Sequence record: DRR723986_4789
Direction: 5' to 3' (one strand)
Length of the DNA: 64,000 nt
Notes under the pieces: generated by a model
What the model was told of the DNA's origin: nothing
Databases searched by the model: none
What the model saw: the letters and a program-made list of their open reading frames with translations, nothing else
In this document: one piece after another, positions 37,201 through 45,877 of the stretch
Layout of the letters: every line of letters begins with the position of its first letter
Numbering within the stretch: position 1 is the first letter of the stretch
Position numbers and translations under genes: made by a program

Positions 37201-40200
37201 ATCATGTGGTCGAGATCCTGTCGCGACCGCGCCTGTCCGACAACGACTGGTCCTTGAATGCCCGGGGAACATTCCTGACGCCTTCAACGACTTCCAGAAC
37301 CCCATGGGTTAAGCCCGGTGACAGCGTTCTGTCGGAACTCGATCACGAAACGCTTTACACGGTCACCAAGAGCTTTGGCCTGAATTACGGTCCAGCGTTC
37401 CGCCGTGCCGATAAAGTGGTCAAGCACTCGAATACTAGCGCGACCGTTACGCTGTTGCCGCAGGACGAGAGCCTCGCGGATTACTCGTTCTCGCTCTGCC
37501 CGACCTTGGTGGATGCCGGCTTCCATGGCCTGTTTGCGCTCCTGGATGGTGTCGAGGACGTTCCGCAAAACACATCCTTCCTGCCGATCCGGCTTGGCAC
37601 ATTGCGTCTTCTGGCACCGGAAACCCTGCCGGCTTCCGTGCGTATCGAAGTCACAAAGGCGTCTCCGCGCTCGATCGAAGCAAGCTTCGAGTTCCTGGAT
37701 GCCGAAGGCCTGACGATCGCCCGCTTGACCAAGACCCGGTTCAAGGCGGTTACTCTTGGACAGGACACACGTCCCGACGATCTGGTCTACCGCCAGATTG
37801 CGACGCTTCTTCCTGCGCAGGACCGTATCTCGCCGCTTCAGGAAACCTTCGAAGGCTTGCCTTCATTGGCAGGCAATCTGGACCTTCTGGGCGCCGACGA
37901 CCAGGAACTCGACGACAGCCGTGTTCTGATCGAAGCGCTGGGTCGCACGATTGCGCACAAGACTCTTTTCGATCTTTTCGCAGATCGGAAAATTGAACTG
38001 GCGTCGCTTGTCGCGGCCGGCGATCTGCATGAAACGGCAGTGCCGCTTGCGGCAAGTCTCTTTGGCTGGCTGGCCGAGAGCGGGCTGTGCACGGAAAGTG
38101 ACGAAGGTTTTGAACTCACGGATCCGTCTGGCAATCCAGATGCATCGGCGCTTCTGCAAGCCCTGACCGATGGCGGCGGAGAACATATCGCCGAGGCAGC
38201 ATTGCTGGCACGACTTTGGACGGGTTTGTCCGATATCCTGAAGTTCGGCCTTCAGGAAGCTTCCGGCAAGGAATATTCTTCCAGCCTGTTCGACGCCTAC
38301 CGCTCCTCCTCTCCTGGCAAGCGGGCCCTGTCGTCGGCCCTGCAGTCTGGTGTGCAAAGCCTGATTTCCAGCTGGCCAAGTGACCAGGCACTAAGGGTCC
38401 TTCTGGTTGGGGCAAACGGTGGCCTCGCTGCGGCGATCGATGCTGCGCTTGATCCCACCTACATGGCGCTGACCGTAACAGATGCAACGTCCTCCGCAGT
38501 TGGCAGGGGCGAGCGTTTGTGGCAGGGCAGTTCGGCGACAGAGTTTGTTGAACCAGGCGAAGCATCCTTTACCTTCGACCGGCATTTCGACATCGTACTG
38601 TTCGATACGTCTCTTGCGGAAATCGATGCCGACACGCTGAAGCGGTTTACGAAATCTATGGTTCCAGGCGGGCTGGTGCTTGGCGCAGAACCGCTGCCTC
38701 ATCCGCTCACCGACCTTATCATGGGCGTCGGCTCGTCTTGGTGGGACGAAGGCGCAACTGCCGAGTTCCCGATTTCCAGGCAACAGGCAGACTGGACCAA
38801 GACGCTGGAAGCCGCCGGTTTGGCCGAGGTCCAGACCGTACCACTGAAGAGCACTTTGATTGAAGCCGATCTCCTGTGCGCTCGTGCGGGTGATCGCGCT
38901 GAAGAAGCATCGGACACCGACGAAGAAGCACCGGAAGCTGAAGCCGAGAAGAAAAAATATCTTCTCCTGACCAGCTCAGAGGGCGCGTCTCACCGTCTCG
39001 CCGAAGGTCTGAAGGCTTGCCTGACCCGAAAAGGTCATACAGCCACCCTTCTTGTTCCAGGAGAAGTTACCGAACAGCTCGGCGATGACATCTGGAGTGT
39101 TGCGCTTGGCGACAAAGTTGATGCCCAGGTGGCCGACGAAGCGCTCAACGCGCTTGTTGCCGCACATAACGGCCGGGTCGTTCACCTGCTTGGTGCCTAT
39201 GCTGCCCCGGCCGACGCTCTCGCATCTGTCGATAGTCGTGCCTTCAGCCTGATGACACTTCTCAAGGCGTTGGGACCAAACGGCGGCGAGTACACGGTTC
39301 TGGCGCCAGCCGGTGCGCAGGATATAGCCGGTGGCAAGCCAGCCGCTCCCGAGCAAGCCGGGATCTGGGCGTTTGGCCGTGTGGTCATGAACGAATACCC
39401 GGACGCCAACCTGAAGCTGATCGACGTCTCACCGGATCTGGAGCCAGGGATAGCTGCTGCACGTGTGGCCGACGAGATCCTGGTAGCCAATTGCGAACGG
39501 GAAATCGTTCTCGACAGCAAAACCCGTTCCGGTATCCGCCTTGTAAAAGGTGGCGTCCTATCAAGCGTCACGTTGCCGGAAGGCGCCAAACCCGCCATGC
39601 GGCTGGATATCCTGCGCCAAGGCTCCCTGGACCAGCTCTCCTGGCACGCCGTTGAGCGCAAGCCGCTTGAAGGCAAGGATGTGGAAATCGCCGTTGAAGC
39701 CAGCGGTCTCAATTTCCGCGATGTGATGTGGGCACTTGGCCTGTTGCCGGAAGAAGCTCTCGAAGATGGCTTTGCCGGACCAACACTCGGCATGGAGTGC
39801 TGTGGTCATGTTGTGGGCTGTGGTCCGGACGTGACCCGCTTCCGACCGGGTGACAAGGTCATCACCTTCGCCCCGGCCTGCTTTGCATCTCACGTCGCGG
39901 TCGATGAAAGCGGCTGCGCGCCGATGCCGAGTACGGTTTCCGCGGAAGAAGCTGCGACGATCCCGGTCACCTTCCTCACTGCCTATTATGCCCTTGTGCA
40001 TCTGGCGGCTCTCTCTGAAGGGGAAACGGTCCTGATCCACGGTGGCGCCGGTGGCGTCGGGCTGGCCGCCTTGCAGATTGCCAAGTGGCGCGGTGCGAAA
40101 ATCATTGCGACTGCAGGGTCCGAAGACAAGCGCAACACCCTGAAGCTGCTCGGGGCAGATGTCGTTCTGGACTCCAGAAGTCTGGCATTCGTTGACGCCG

Positions 40201-41852
40201 TCATGGAAGAAACTGCCGGCGAAGGCGTCGATGTGGTTCTCAACTCGCTGTTCGGCGAAGCCATGGAACGCAGCATTGAGGTTCTGAAACCGTTCGGCCG
40301 CTTCCTGGAACTGGGCAAACGCGACTACTACGGCAACACCCGGATCGGCCTGCGTCCGTTCCGTCAGAACCTGACCTACTTCGGCATCGATGCCGACCAG
40401 CTTCTGACCCGTCAGCCAAAGCTGGCCGTCGACCTGTTCGTCAAGCTTGTCGAGCTATTCGAAGCGGGCACGCTACGTCCCTTGCCGCATCGCCTGTTCG
40501 AAGCCGCAGATGTGGTCGACGCCTTCAGACTGATGCAGCAGGCGGGCCATATCGGCAAGATCGTGATCCGCCCGCCCGCGGTTCCCGAAAACGTGCCGAC
40601 CAAGCGCGAGATTTCGTTTGACGGTGAGGCTGTTTATGTCGTTGCCGGTGGCTTTGGCGGCTTCGGTGCAGCATTGCTCCACCGCCTTGCCGATCACGGT
40701 GCCAAGTCGCTTGCGGTTCTCAGCCGCCGGGGCGCTTCAAGTGAAGATGCCCAGGAGGTTATCGCGCAACTGAGCAAGCGCGGCATCTCGATCAAGGGTT
40801 ATGCCTGCGACATCACCAACGAAGCAGCAATCAAGAAGGCGCTTGCAGAGATTCGGGCTGAAGGACATCATATCAAAGGCGTGTTCCACACGGCGATGGT
40901 GCTGAATGACGTTCTGATCGCAAACATGGATCATGACGGCCTGACAAAAGTGCTGGCGCCCAAGGTCCGCGGCGCGGAACTGCTGGACAAACTGACATCC
41001 GACGATCCGCTCGATCATTTCGTGTTGTATTCGTCCGCCACGACCCTTGTCGGCAACCCTGGTCAGGCCAACTATGTCGCCGCCAACGGTTACCTGGAAG
41101 GCCTTGCACGCAAGCGCCGGGCCGAAGGCCGGCCAGGCCTTGCTGTCGCCTGGGGTGCAATCTCCGACGCCGGGTATCTGGCCCGCAACGAAGATGTCAA
41201 CGAGATGCTGTCCCGCAAGCTCGGACGCCATGCCCTGACTGCCAAGGAAGCACTCGACGGCCTCATGGCCCTTATGGTGCAGCCTTCGCAGGAAGACGTT
41301 GGCCTTGCGGCGCTTGGATATGCGCGTATCGACTGGCAGGCGGCACGCAAGGATCTGGCACTGGTCGGCACACCTCTGGTCGGTCTGCTTGGCCTTGGTG
41401 ACGAAGACGAAACCGGCGCGGACGGAGCGATCGACCTTGCAGCCATGCTGGAAGGTATGGATCAGGTCACTGCCGCACAGACTGTTGCCAAACTTCTGGC
41501 CGCCGAAATCGGCAAGATCCTGCGGATTGCACCTGAAGAGATCGATCCGCACAAGCCGCTGTCGGACATCGGCATGGATTCCCTGATGGCTCTCGAACTG
41601 CGAATGAGTGCGGAACGGCAGCTGGGGATCGACATTCCATTGATGTCTCTCGCAAACGGAGCGACGTTGATCGACCTGTCCAGCCGTGTTGCAAACCGGG
41701 TTCTGGGCGAAGAAAATGCCTCCGGAATTTCGGATGAAACGCAGCAGCTCGCCAGCTTGCATGTGGATGACCAGCGTCAGGAAACGGAAGATCTTTCCGA
41801 CATTGCTGCCGAAGTTGAGAACAAGAGCCGCGAACTTGGTTCCTTCCTGTAA
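34245..41852 (+). CDS. Single-module highly reducing type I PKS (RkpA/WcbR-like): KS-AT-DH-psiMT-ER-KR-ACP
   Basis: KS DTACSSS/HGTGT/NVGHLE; AT GHSVG; DH HKVEESIVYP; ER IHGGAGGVG; KR GGFGGFG/YVAAN; ACP GMDSL; no TE. Confidence 0.95.
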   Translation: MASLTSNIDILGYSTRLPGANDSAEFWSLLKNGECAVTSVSKDRWPLARFGHPVQSTSGKTYTWAAGQLDDVWGFDPSFFGVSPREAVQMDPQQRLLLQLVWEALEHANIRPSDLAGSNTGVYVGASSLDYHHRFLVDPAMADMQFMTGNTLSIVSNRISYIYDLRGPSFTVDTACSSSIVALHEAVSAIESGQIDTAIVCGVSLLLSPFAFVGFSRATMLSPTGLCQAFDANGDGYVRSEGGAVVVLRAARAGIPEGAKSHGKLLATGINADGRTVGLSLPSPYAQADLLREIYEGLEINPTDLAFVEAHGTGTRVGDPAEADALGKVIGQKRDKALPIGSVKTNVGHLEPVSGLVGLLKSVMALREDLLPQSLHFRNPNPDIPFDELNLKVAGEAVSLERNGTRRLAGVNSFGFGGTNAHAVIGDPDPETAEASTAPVDAPLVISARSKEALQQLAGKFAERLDNEADETAGNVIATSAHGRDLLSERLVVLGKTKAEKLDALRSFAESGDENADVVSGSVIKSNAKVGFVFSGNGSQWAGMGQEAYQADTAFRTAFDKVDKIFMGLSGWSLVTTLFAEDLEADLERSEIAQPLLFAIQVGIVESLRQRGITAAGTAGHSVGEVAAAWCAGALNLEQAVRVIRARSSEQEVVRDLGSMAALLLPADQAVAAIAESGLPRLELAADNSPRSVTISGDSESLDAFAKFARKKKWAMRRLNLAYPFHSALVDPIEKPLLAALDGLSPTDVSLPFYSTVTPDERDVRVDAEYWWHNVRQPVRFAAAMENMAADDFSVLIEIGPKPVLGTYVNDVLRAKGKKAKVLETLKEPSKKAAATAGNPLDRIAASVVAHGGQTDLIRFVGERPGHLVPLPSYPWQNSEYRPENSPERVDFMFGQTWPLLGYRLRQDTAEWFNHIDSGSLPFLQDHKVEESIVYPAAGYIEMSLRAALRWSRSDQIELRDFDILRPLVIEGDEVWETQVRISPDDHVVEILSRPRLSDNDWSLNARGTFLTPSTTSRTPWVKPGDSVLSELDHETLYTVTKSFGLNYGPAFRRADKVVKHSNTSATVTLLPQDESLADYSFSLCPTLVDAGFHGLFALLDGVEDVPQNTSFLPIRLGTLRLLAPETLPASVRIEVTKASPRSIEASFEFLDAEGLTIARLTKTRFKAVTLGQDTRPDDLVYRQIATLLPAQDRISPLQETFEGLPSLAGNLDLLGADDQELDDSRVLIEALGRTIAHKTLFDLFADRKIELASLVAAGDLHETAVPLAASLFGWLAESGLCTESDEGFELTDPSGNPDASALLQALTDGGGEHIAEAALLARLWTGLSDILKFGLQEASGKEYSSSLFDAYRSSSPGKRALSSALQSGVQSLISSWPSDQALRVLLVGANGGLAAAIDAALDPTYMALTVTDATSSAVGRGERLWQGSSATEFVEPGEASFTFDRHFDIVLFDTSLAEIDADTLKRFTKSMVPGGLVLGAEPLPHPLTDLIMGVGSSWWDEGATAEFPISRQQADWTKTLEAAGLAEVQTVPLKSTLIEADLLCARAGDRAEEASDTDEEAPEAEAEKKKYLLLTSSEGASHRLAEGLKACLTRKGHTATLLVPGEVTEQLGDDIWSVALGDKVDAQVADEALNALVAAHNGRVVHLLGAYAAPADALASVDSRAFSLMTLLKALGPNGGEYTVLAPAGAQDIAGGKPAAPEQAGIWAFGRVVMNEYPDANLKLIDVSPDLEPGIAAARVADEILVANCEREIVLDSKTRSGIRLVKGGVLSSVTLPEGAKPAMRLDILRQGSLDQLSWHAVERKPLEGKDVEIAVEASGLNFRDVMWALGLLPEEALEDGFAGPTLGMECCGHVVGCGPDVTRFRPGDKVITFAPACFASHVAVDESGCAPMPSTVSAEEAATIPVTFLTAYYALVHLAALSEGETVLIHGGAGGVGLAALQIAKWRGAKIIATAGSEDKRNTLKLLGADVVLDSRSLAFVDAVMEETAGEGVDVVLNSLFGEAMERSIEVLKPFGRFLELGKRDYYGNTRIGLRPFRQNLTYFGIDADQLLTRQPKLAVDLFVKLVELFEAGTLRPLPHRLFEAADVVDAFRLMQQAGHIGKIVIRPPAVPENVPTKREISFDGEAVYVVAGGFGGFGAALLHRLADHGAKSLAVLSRRGASSEDAQEVIAQLSKRGISIKGYACDITNEAAIKKALAEIRAEGHHIKGVFHTAMVLNDVLIANMDHDGLTKVLAPKVRGAELLDKLTSDDPLDHFVLYSSATTLVGNPGQANYVAANGYLEGLARKRRAEGRPGLAVAWGAISDAGYLARNEDVNEMLSRKLGRHALTAKEALDGLMALMVQPSQEDVGLAALGYARIDWQAARKDLALVGTPLVGLLGLGDEDETGADGAIDLAAMLEGMDQVTAAQTVAKLLAAEIGKILRIAPEEIDPHKPLSDIGMDSLMALELRMSAERQLGIDIPLMSLANGATLIDLSSRVANRVLGEENASGISDETQQLASLHVDDQRQETEDLSDIAAEVENKSRELGSFL

Positions 41853-41878
41853 GCGGCATCATAAAAGGATTAACTGGT

Positions 41879-43237
41879 ATGGGCGCTGATGATCGCGCCA
41901 AGCTGATGGACAGCTTGAAAGCCAACCGCCGTTCTGCGCGTGGACGGGCGACGTCTTCGTCGGCGCGTCCACAAGCGGCAGCCCCGAAGCGCAAGGTCTA
42001 TGACTTCAAGGAGCTGCCGCAGGTCAAGCAGTTGCAGATGCACAGAGCTGCGGCAGACATGATGGGGATCGAAAACCCGTTTTTCCGACCTCACGACGGG
42101 CTGGCAGCGGGTACGAGCGTCATCAACGGCAGCAACTACGACAATTTCGCTTCCTACAACTACCTCGGCCTGAACGGGCACCCCAAGGTCAACGAGGCCG
42201 CAAAGGCCTATGTCGACAAATTCGGCACGAGCGTTTCCGCAAGCCGTATTGTTGCCGGCGAGCGCCCTTTCCACGCAGAACTGGAAGCAGCGCTGGCGAG
42301 AATCCACGGTGTAGAATCGTCGATCGTCATGGTGTCCGGTCATGCCACCAACGTCACGACGATCGGCCATTTGGTCCACAAGGGTGATCTGGTCCTGACC
42401 GACTCCTTCGTGCACAACTCGATTGCCGAAGGTGTTCGCCTTTCCGGCGCGACCCGCATGAACTTCCCTCATGATGATCTTGATGCTCTGGAAAAGATGC
42501 TCGCAGATCATCGGCACAAGTTCGACAAGGTGCTTGTTGTTGTGGAAGGTCTCTATTCGATGGATGGAGATTTCCCGGACCTGAAGCGGGTCGTGAAGCT
42601 CAAACAGGCTTATGACGCCTGGCTGATGGTCGACGAAGCACATTCCATCGGTGTCCTCGGCAAGACCGGCAAGGGCATCGCCGAGCATTTCGGGATAGAC
42701 CCGACTGAAGTCGAAATCTGGATGGGGACGCTGTCCAAGACCTTCTCATCCTGCGGTGGCTATATCGCCGGATCCAAGGTCCTGTGCGACTACCTCAAAG
42801 TGTCTGCGCCGGGTTTCGTGTTTTCCGTTGGGCTTTCCGCCGCGCTCGCAGGCGCTGCCATTGCGTCTGCCGAACTGCTCGAGCAGGAACCTGAGCGGGT
42901 CGCAAAGCTTCAGAAGAACGGAGCACTCTTTCTGGAGCTCGCGAAGGAAGCTGGACTGAACACTGGCCCCAGTGCCGGCTACGCGGTGGTTCCGGTCATT
43001 GTCGGCGATTCCGCAAGTGCCGCAACACTTTCCAATCGTTTGCTCGCAAAGGGAATCAATGCCCTGCCGATCATTTTTCCGGCCGTGCCTGAAAAATCAG
43101 CGCGCATTCGGTTCTTCATTACGAGCGAACATACCGAAGACCAGATCCGGCGCGCTGTAGAGACAACGGCTTCCGAACTCGACGCCATGCGCGCGGACGG
43201 AACCGCTGTCGACAGGCTTATCAAGGCTACGCGCTAA
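41879..43237 (+). CDS. Alpha-oxoamine synthase (RkpG/WcbT-like; BioF/SPT family)
   Basis: NFASYNYLGL, HNS, EGLYSMDGD, DEAHS, GTLSK (PLP lysine). Confidence 0.93.
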   Translation: MGADDRAKLMDSLKANRRSARGRATSSSARPQAAAPKRKVYDFKELPQVKQLQMHRAAADMMGIENPFFRPHDGLAAGTSVINGSNYDNFASYNYLGLNGHPKVNEAAKAYVDKFGTSVSASRIVAGERPFHAELEAALARIHGVESSIVMVSGHATNVTTIGHLVHKGDLVLTDSFVHNSIAEGVRLSGATRMNFPHDDLDALEKMLADHRHKFDKVLVVVEGLYSMDGDFPDLKRVVKLKQAYDAWLMVDEAHSIGVLGKTGKGIAEHFGIDPTEVEIWMGTLSKTFSSCGGYIAGSKVLCDYLKVSAPGFVFSVGLSAALAGAAIASAELLEQEPERVAKLQKNGALFLELAKEAGLNTGPSAGYAVVPVIVGDSASAATLSNRLLAKGINALPIIFPAVPEKSARIRFFITSEHTEDQIRRAVETTASELDAMRADGTAVDRLIKATR

Positions 43238-43267
43238 AAGATTTGGGCATCATGCCTCCCGCAATTA

Positions 43268-43295
43268 CCGGACACGGAAATGCTGTCGTGTCCGG
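43268..43295. terminator. Hairpin between convergent genes
   Basis: CCGGACACG-10 nt-CGTGTCCGG; no U-tract. Confidence 0.5.
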
Positions 43296-43307
43296 ATCAG
43301 TGAGAGC

Positions 43308-44117
43308 CTACCTGTCAGAGTTCTCTCGATAACGCGGATCCTGATCAATCGTCACATCAAAACCGCCCATGAAGAGATCGCCGATCTTCGTCGGCAACAG
43401 ATTTTGAAGGCGAATACCCCAGGCCAGCAAAAACGGAAACGCATAGAACGGCTTGCGACGGTCGATGGCCCGTCGCATCAATGCGGCTGCTTTTGAAGCC
43501 GGCATTTCGAACGGCTTGGCACCGTTGTGGCGCGCTGACATCGGTGAAGTGATGAACCCCGGACAGATGATCGTCACGGATATGCCGAAGGGCTTCAACC
43601 AACCGCGAAGGGAATGCCCGTAGGCAATGAGTGCCGCCTTCGTGGCGCTGTAGCTCGGCATATCCGGCAAGGCACGCATTCCGGCCAGAGACGAGATAAG
43701 CACCAGTTGCCCCTGCCGGCGTTTTTGCATGTTGTCAACGAGGCCCATGAGAGTGTTGACCACGCCTCGATAGTTCACATCGATCTGCCGATCGCTGTCG
43801 GCATTCGTTTCGCGCGTGCGGTTGGGGCCGAGCCCTGCAGTCACACCAGCATTTGCAATGACCAGATCGACAGGATGCCGTGCATCCAGATCACTGAGGT
43901 AGCCATGCAGTGCTTCGCGATCACGAATATCGATGGCGCTGATTTCACCGTCTGCGCCAAGCTCGCGGATTTCTGTCAGCAGAGCTTCCAGACGCGCCTC
44001 GTCCCGGGCAATGAGGGCGAAATAGATGCCAGGACCAGCGTATTCACGAGCAAGCGCCTGCCCTATGCCGCCACTGGCACCGGTCAACACGACGACCTTT
44101 TGTGTTTCGCCTGCCAT
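43308..44117 (-). CDS. Short-chain dehydrogenase (RkpH/WcbP-like)
   Basis: TGASGGIG, NAG, ISS, YSATK, PGFI; GGAGAGG RBS. Confidence 0.92.
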   Translation of the reverse strand: MAGETQKVVVLTGASGGIGQALAREYAGPGIYFALIARDEARLEALLTEIRELGADGEISAIDIRDREALHGYLSDLDARHPVDLVIANAGVTAGLGPNRTRETNADSDRQIDVNYRGVVNTLMGLVDNMQKRRQGQLVLISSLAGMRALPDMPSYSATKAALIAYGHSLRGWLKPFGISVTIICPGFITSPMSARHNGAKPFEMPASKAAALMRRAIDRRKPFYAFPFLLAWGIRLQNLLPTKIGDLFMGGFDVTIDQDPRYRENSDR

Positions 44118-44137
44118 TCTTGCCTCTCCCATGAGGG

Positions 44138-45877
44138 TTAGATTCCAAGTTTTCTGCCTAGCCAGGACGAGTGCCGCTTGATCGCGGTCACCAGAAGGTG
44201 CCGCTTGTCTGTCCGCTGCTCCGCTAGCCGCGCAACCAGAAACTCCGGTGAGCATGGCAACAAGGAAACCGGGTCAATTGTGCGGGCATACTTCACGAGA
44301 GCCAGATAAACCAGCTCCGGCAAGGTGCGGCTTGTGCCCCTGCCTTCAATCTGGGTCAAATCCTCACAAAGGCCCCAGCCGGCATAAAAGGGCGCTCCAT
44401 GGACACACACCTTCTTGCCCCGCAGCAAAGCTTCGAACCCCGATAACGAAGAAAAAGTCTCGACGCCATCGACTGCCTCTATGAGGTCGATGATATTCGC
44501 ATCTTCGGCAATTTCATCGGCGTATTCCAGCGCGGTTTCACGGGGCACCTTGCCTTTGCGCAAACCGGTCTCAACATCGGGATGTGGCTTGAAAACCAGA
44601 AACGCCTCGGGATGACGGGCACGGGCGAGGCGAAGCAAATCGAGATTCACGTTCGGTGTGTTGGCGCAATCGATTGTCGCAGATTTGGATTTTCTGATTG
44701 CCGCATCGTCCGCAACCTGCCCCGGTACAAGGATCTTTTCCTTGTTGGCCGGATAGGCAAATGAACGCGTCTTGCCGAAATTGTATTTGGAGACCCTGGC
44801 GCGGATGATCAGGTCGATCAAAGCTTCGCCCCGGTTCCGTTCTTCCGGTGAAAGCACGTACTCTTTCAGTAGCACCTCAAGCCGGCTGGGCCGAGAGGGG
44901 TCGTAGTAGATGCCGAGGTCATCGACCGCAAGCATAGCCCCTCTTGCAAGGCCTGCACCAAGACCGACGGAGCGCAAGAAACCGTCTTCTATGCGCGACA
45001 ACTGAATCCCGTTTTGTATGCAGATTTGCTCGAACGCGGAATCGGTGCGCCCTGCCCAGGAATATATCCGCCCGCCGTCACTCCGTGCGGCTGAGACCGC
45101 GTCCTGTTGGGTTTCGTGAAACGTGACCGCCCCGCCTTTTCCGGAAAAGGTGGCGTTGATCGAAGGATGGTTCCAATACTGCGCGCCGTAACAATGGCCG
45201 GGCATGGCGTTGTCCTGCCACTGCTCCTGCATAAGCGAGTGGACCGCCAGCGCGTCACCGGGGTGCAGAAGATCACCTGTATAAGGTGAGAACCAGGCAG
45301 TCCGGCAAGACAGTATCCAGTTCAACAGATCGTCGATGGCTATCTGCTCAAGAGCGGCCCTGTTTTTGAGCTCGGTCCAGAACAACGCTCCCTCTTGTCG
45401 GACTTCGTCTCCTGTCAAAAGCCTCTGAAGCGAAAGACCCTCGGCTCCGATGACCTCTGTTTCGCCCGCCGCAGAACTGGAGAGCAACTGCTCACGCCAA
45501 GTGCCCGTAAAATCGCAAACCGACGCAATGTTCCGGCCATGTGTGACGGACTGCCGGATTAGCGTGTCACAAGCGACGCTCATCAAAGACCGTTCTTTCA
45601 GCTCTGTGCGGCTCACTGGCAAAAGAATTAAGCTGGAGGGCAGCCGCCGGGCTTGTGCAGGGGTAGGTCCTTCCAGGACCAGTAGAAGGCTACCTATGGC
45701 AGGCTTCATTGTGCTGAACGCATTGGCGTTTTTCAGCCAAACTGCCTGATATGGACTGGTATCTGAACTCTCAAGGATCCCGCCCTCGATAGCCGCTTGA
45801 AGACGGGTTTCCAAAGGCCGAAGCTCCGGGTCGACAATCTTCAAGGCCGATTTATGCCCCTTCAGCCAACCGATCAC
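44138..45877 (-). CDS. KpsC/LipA-like capsule protein (only the C-terminal GT domain recognisable)
   Basis: IEDGFLRSVGLG, GIYYD, SKYN, PGQVADD, KPHPD, SLSGFEALLRG, PFYAGWGL; GTGA overlap with the upstream gene. Confidence 0.88.
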   Translation of the reverse strand: MIGWLKGHKSALKIVDPELRPLETRLQAAIEGGILESSDTSPYQAVWLKNANAFSTMKPAIGSLLLVLEGPTPAQARRLPSSLILLPVSRTELKERSLMSVACDTLIRQSVTHGRNIASVCDFTGTWREQLLSSSAAGETEVIGAEGLSLQRLLTGDEVRQEGALFWTELKNRAALEQIAIDDLLNWILSCRTAWFSPYTGDLLHPGDALAVHSLMQEQWQDNAMPGHCYGAQYWNHPSINATFSGKGGAVTFHETQQDAVSAARSDGGRIYSWAGRTDSAFEQICIQNGIQLSRIEDGFLRSVGLGAGLARGAMLAVDDLGIYYDPSRPSRLEVLLKEYVLSPEERNRGEALIDLIIRARVSKYNFGKTRSFAYPANKEKILVPGQVADDAAIRKSKSATIDCANTPNVNLDLLRLARARHPEAFLVFKPHPDVETGLRKGKVPRETALEYADEIAEDANIIDLIEAVDGVETFSSLSGFEALLRGKKVCVHGAPFYAGWGLCEDLTQIEGRGTSRTLPELVYLALVKYARTIDPVSLLPCSPEFLVARLAEQRTDKRHLLVTAIKRHSSWLGRKLGI

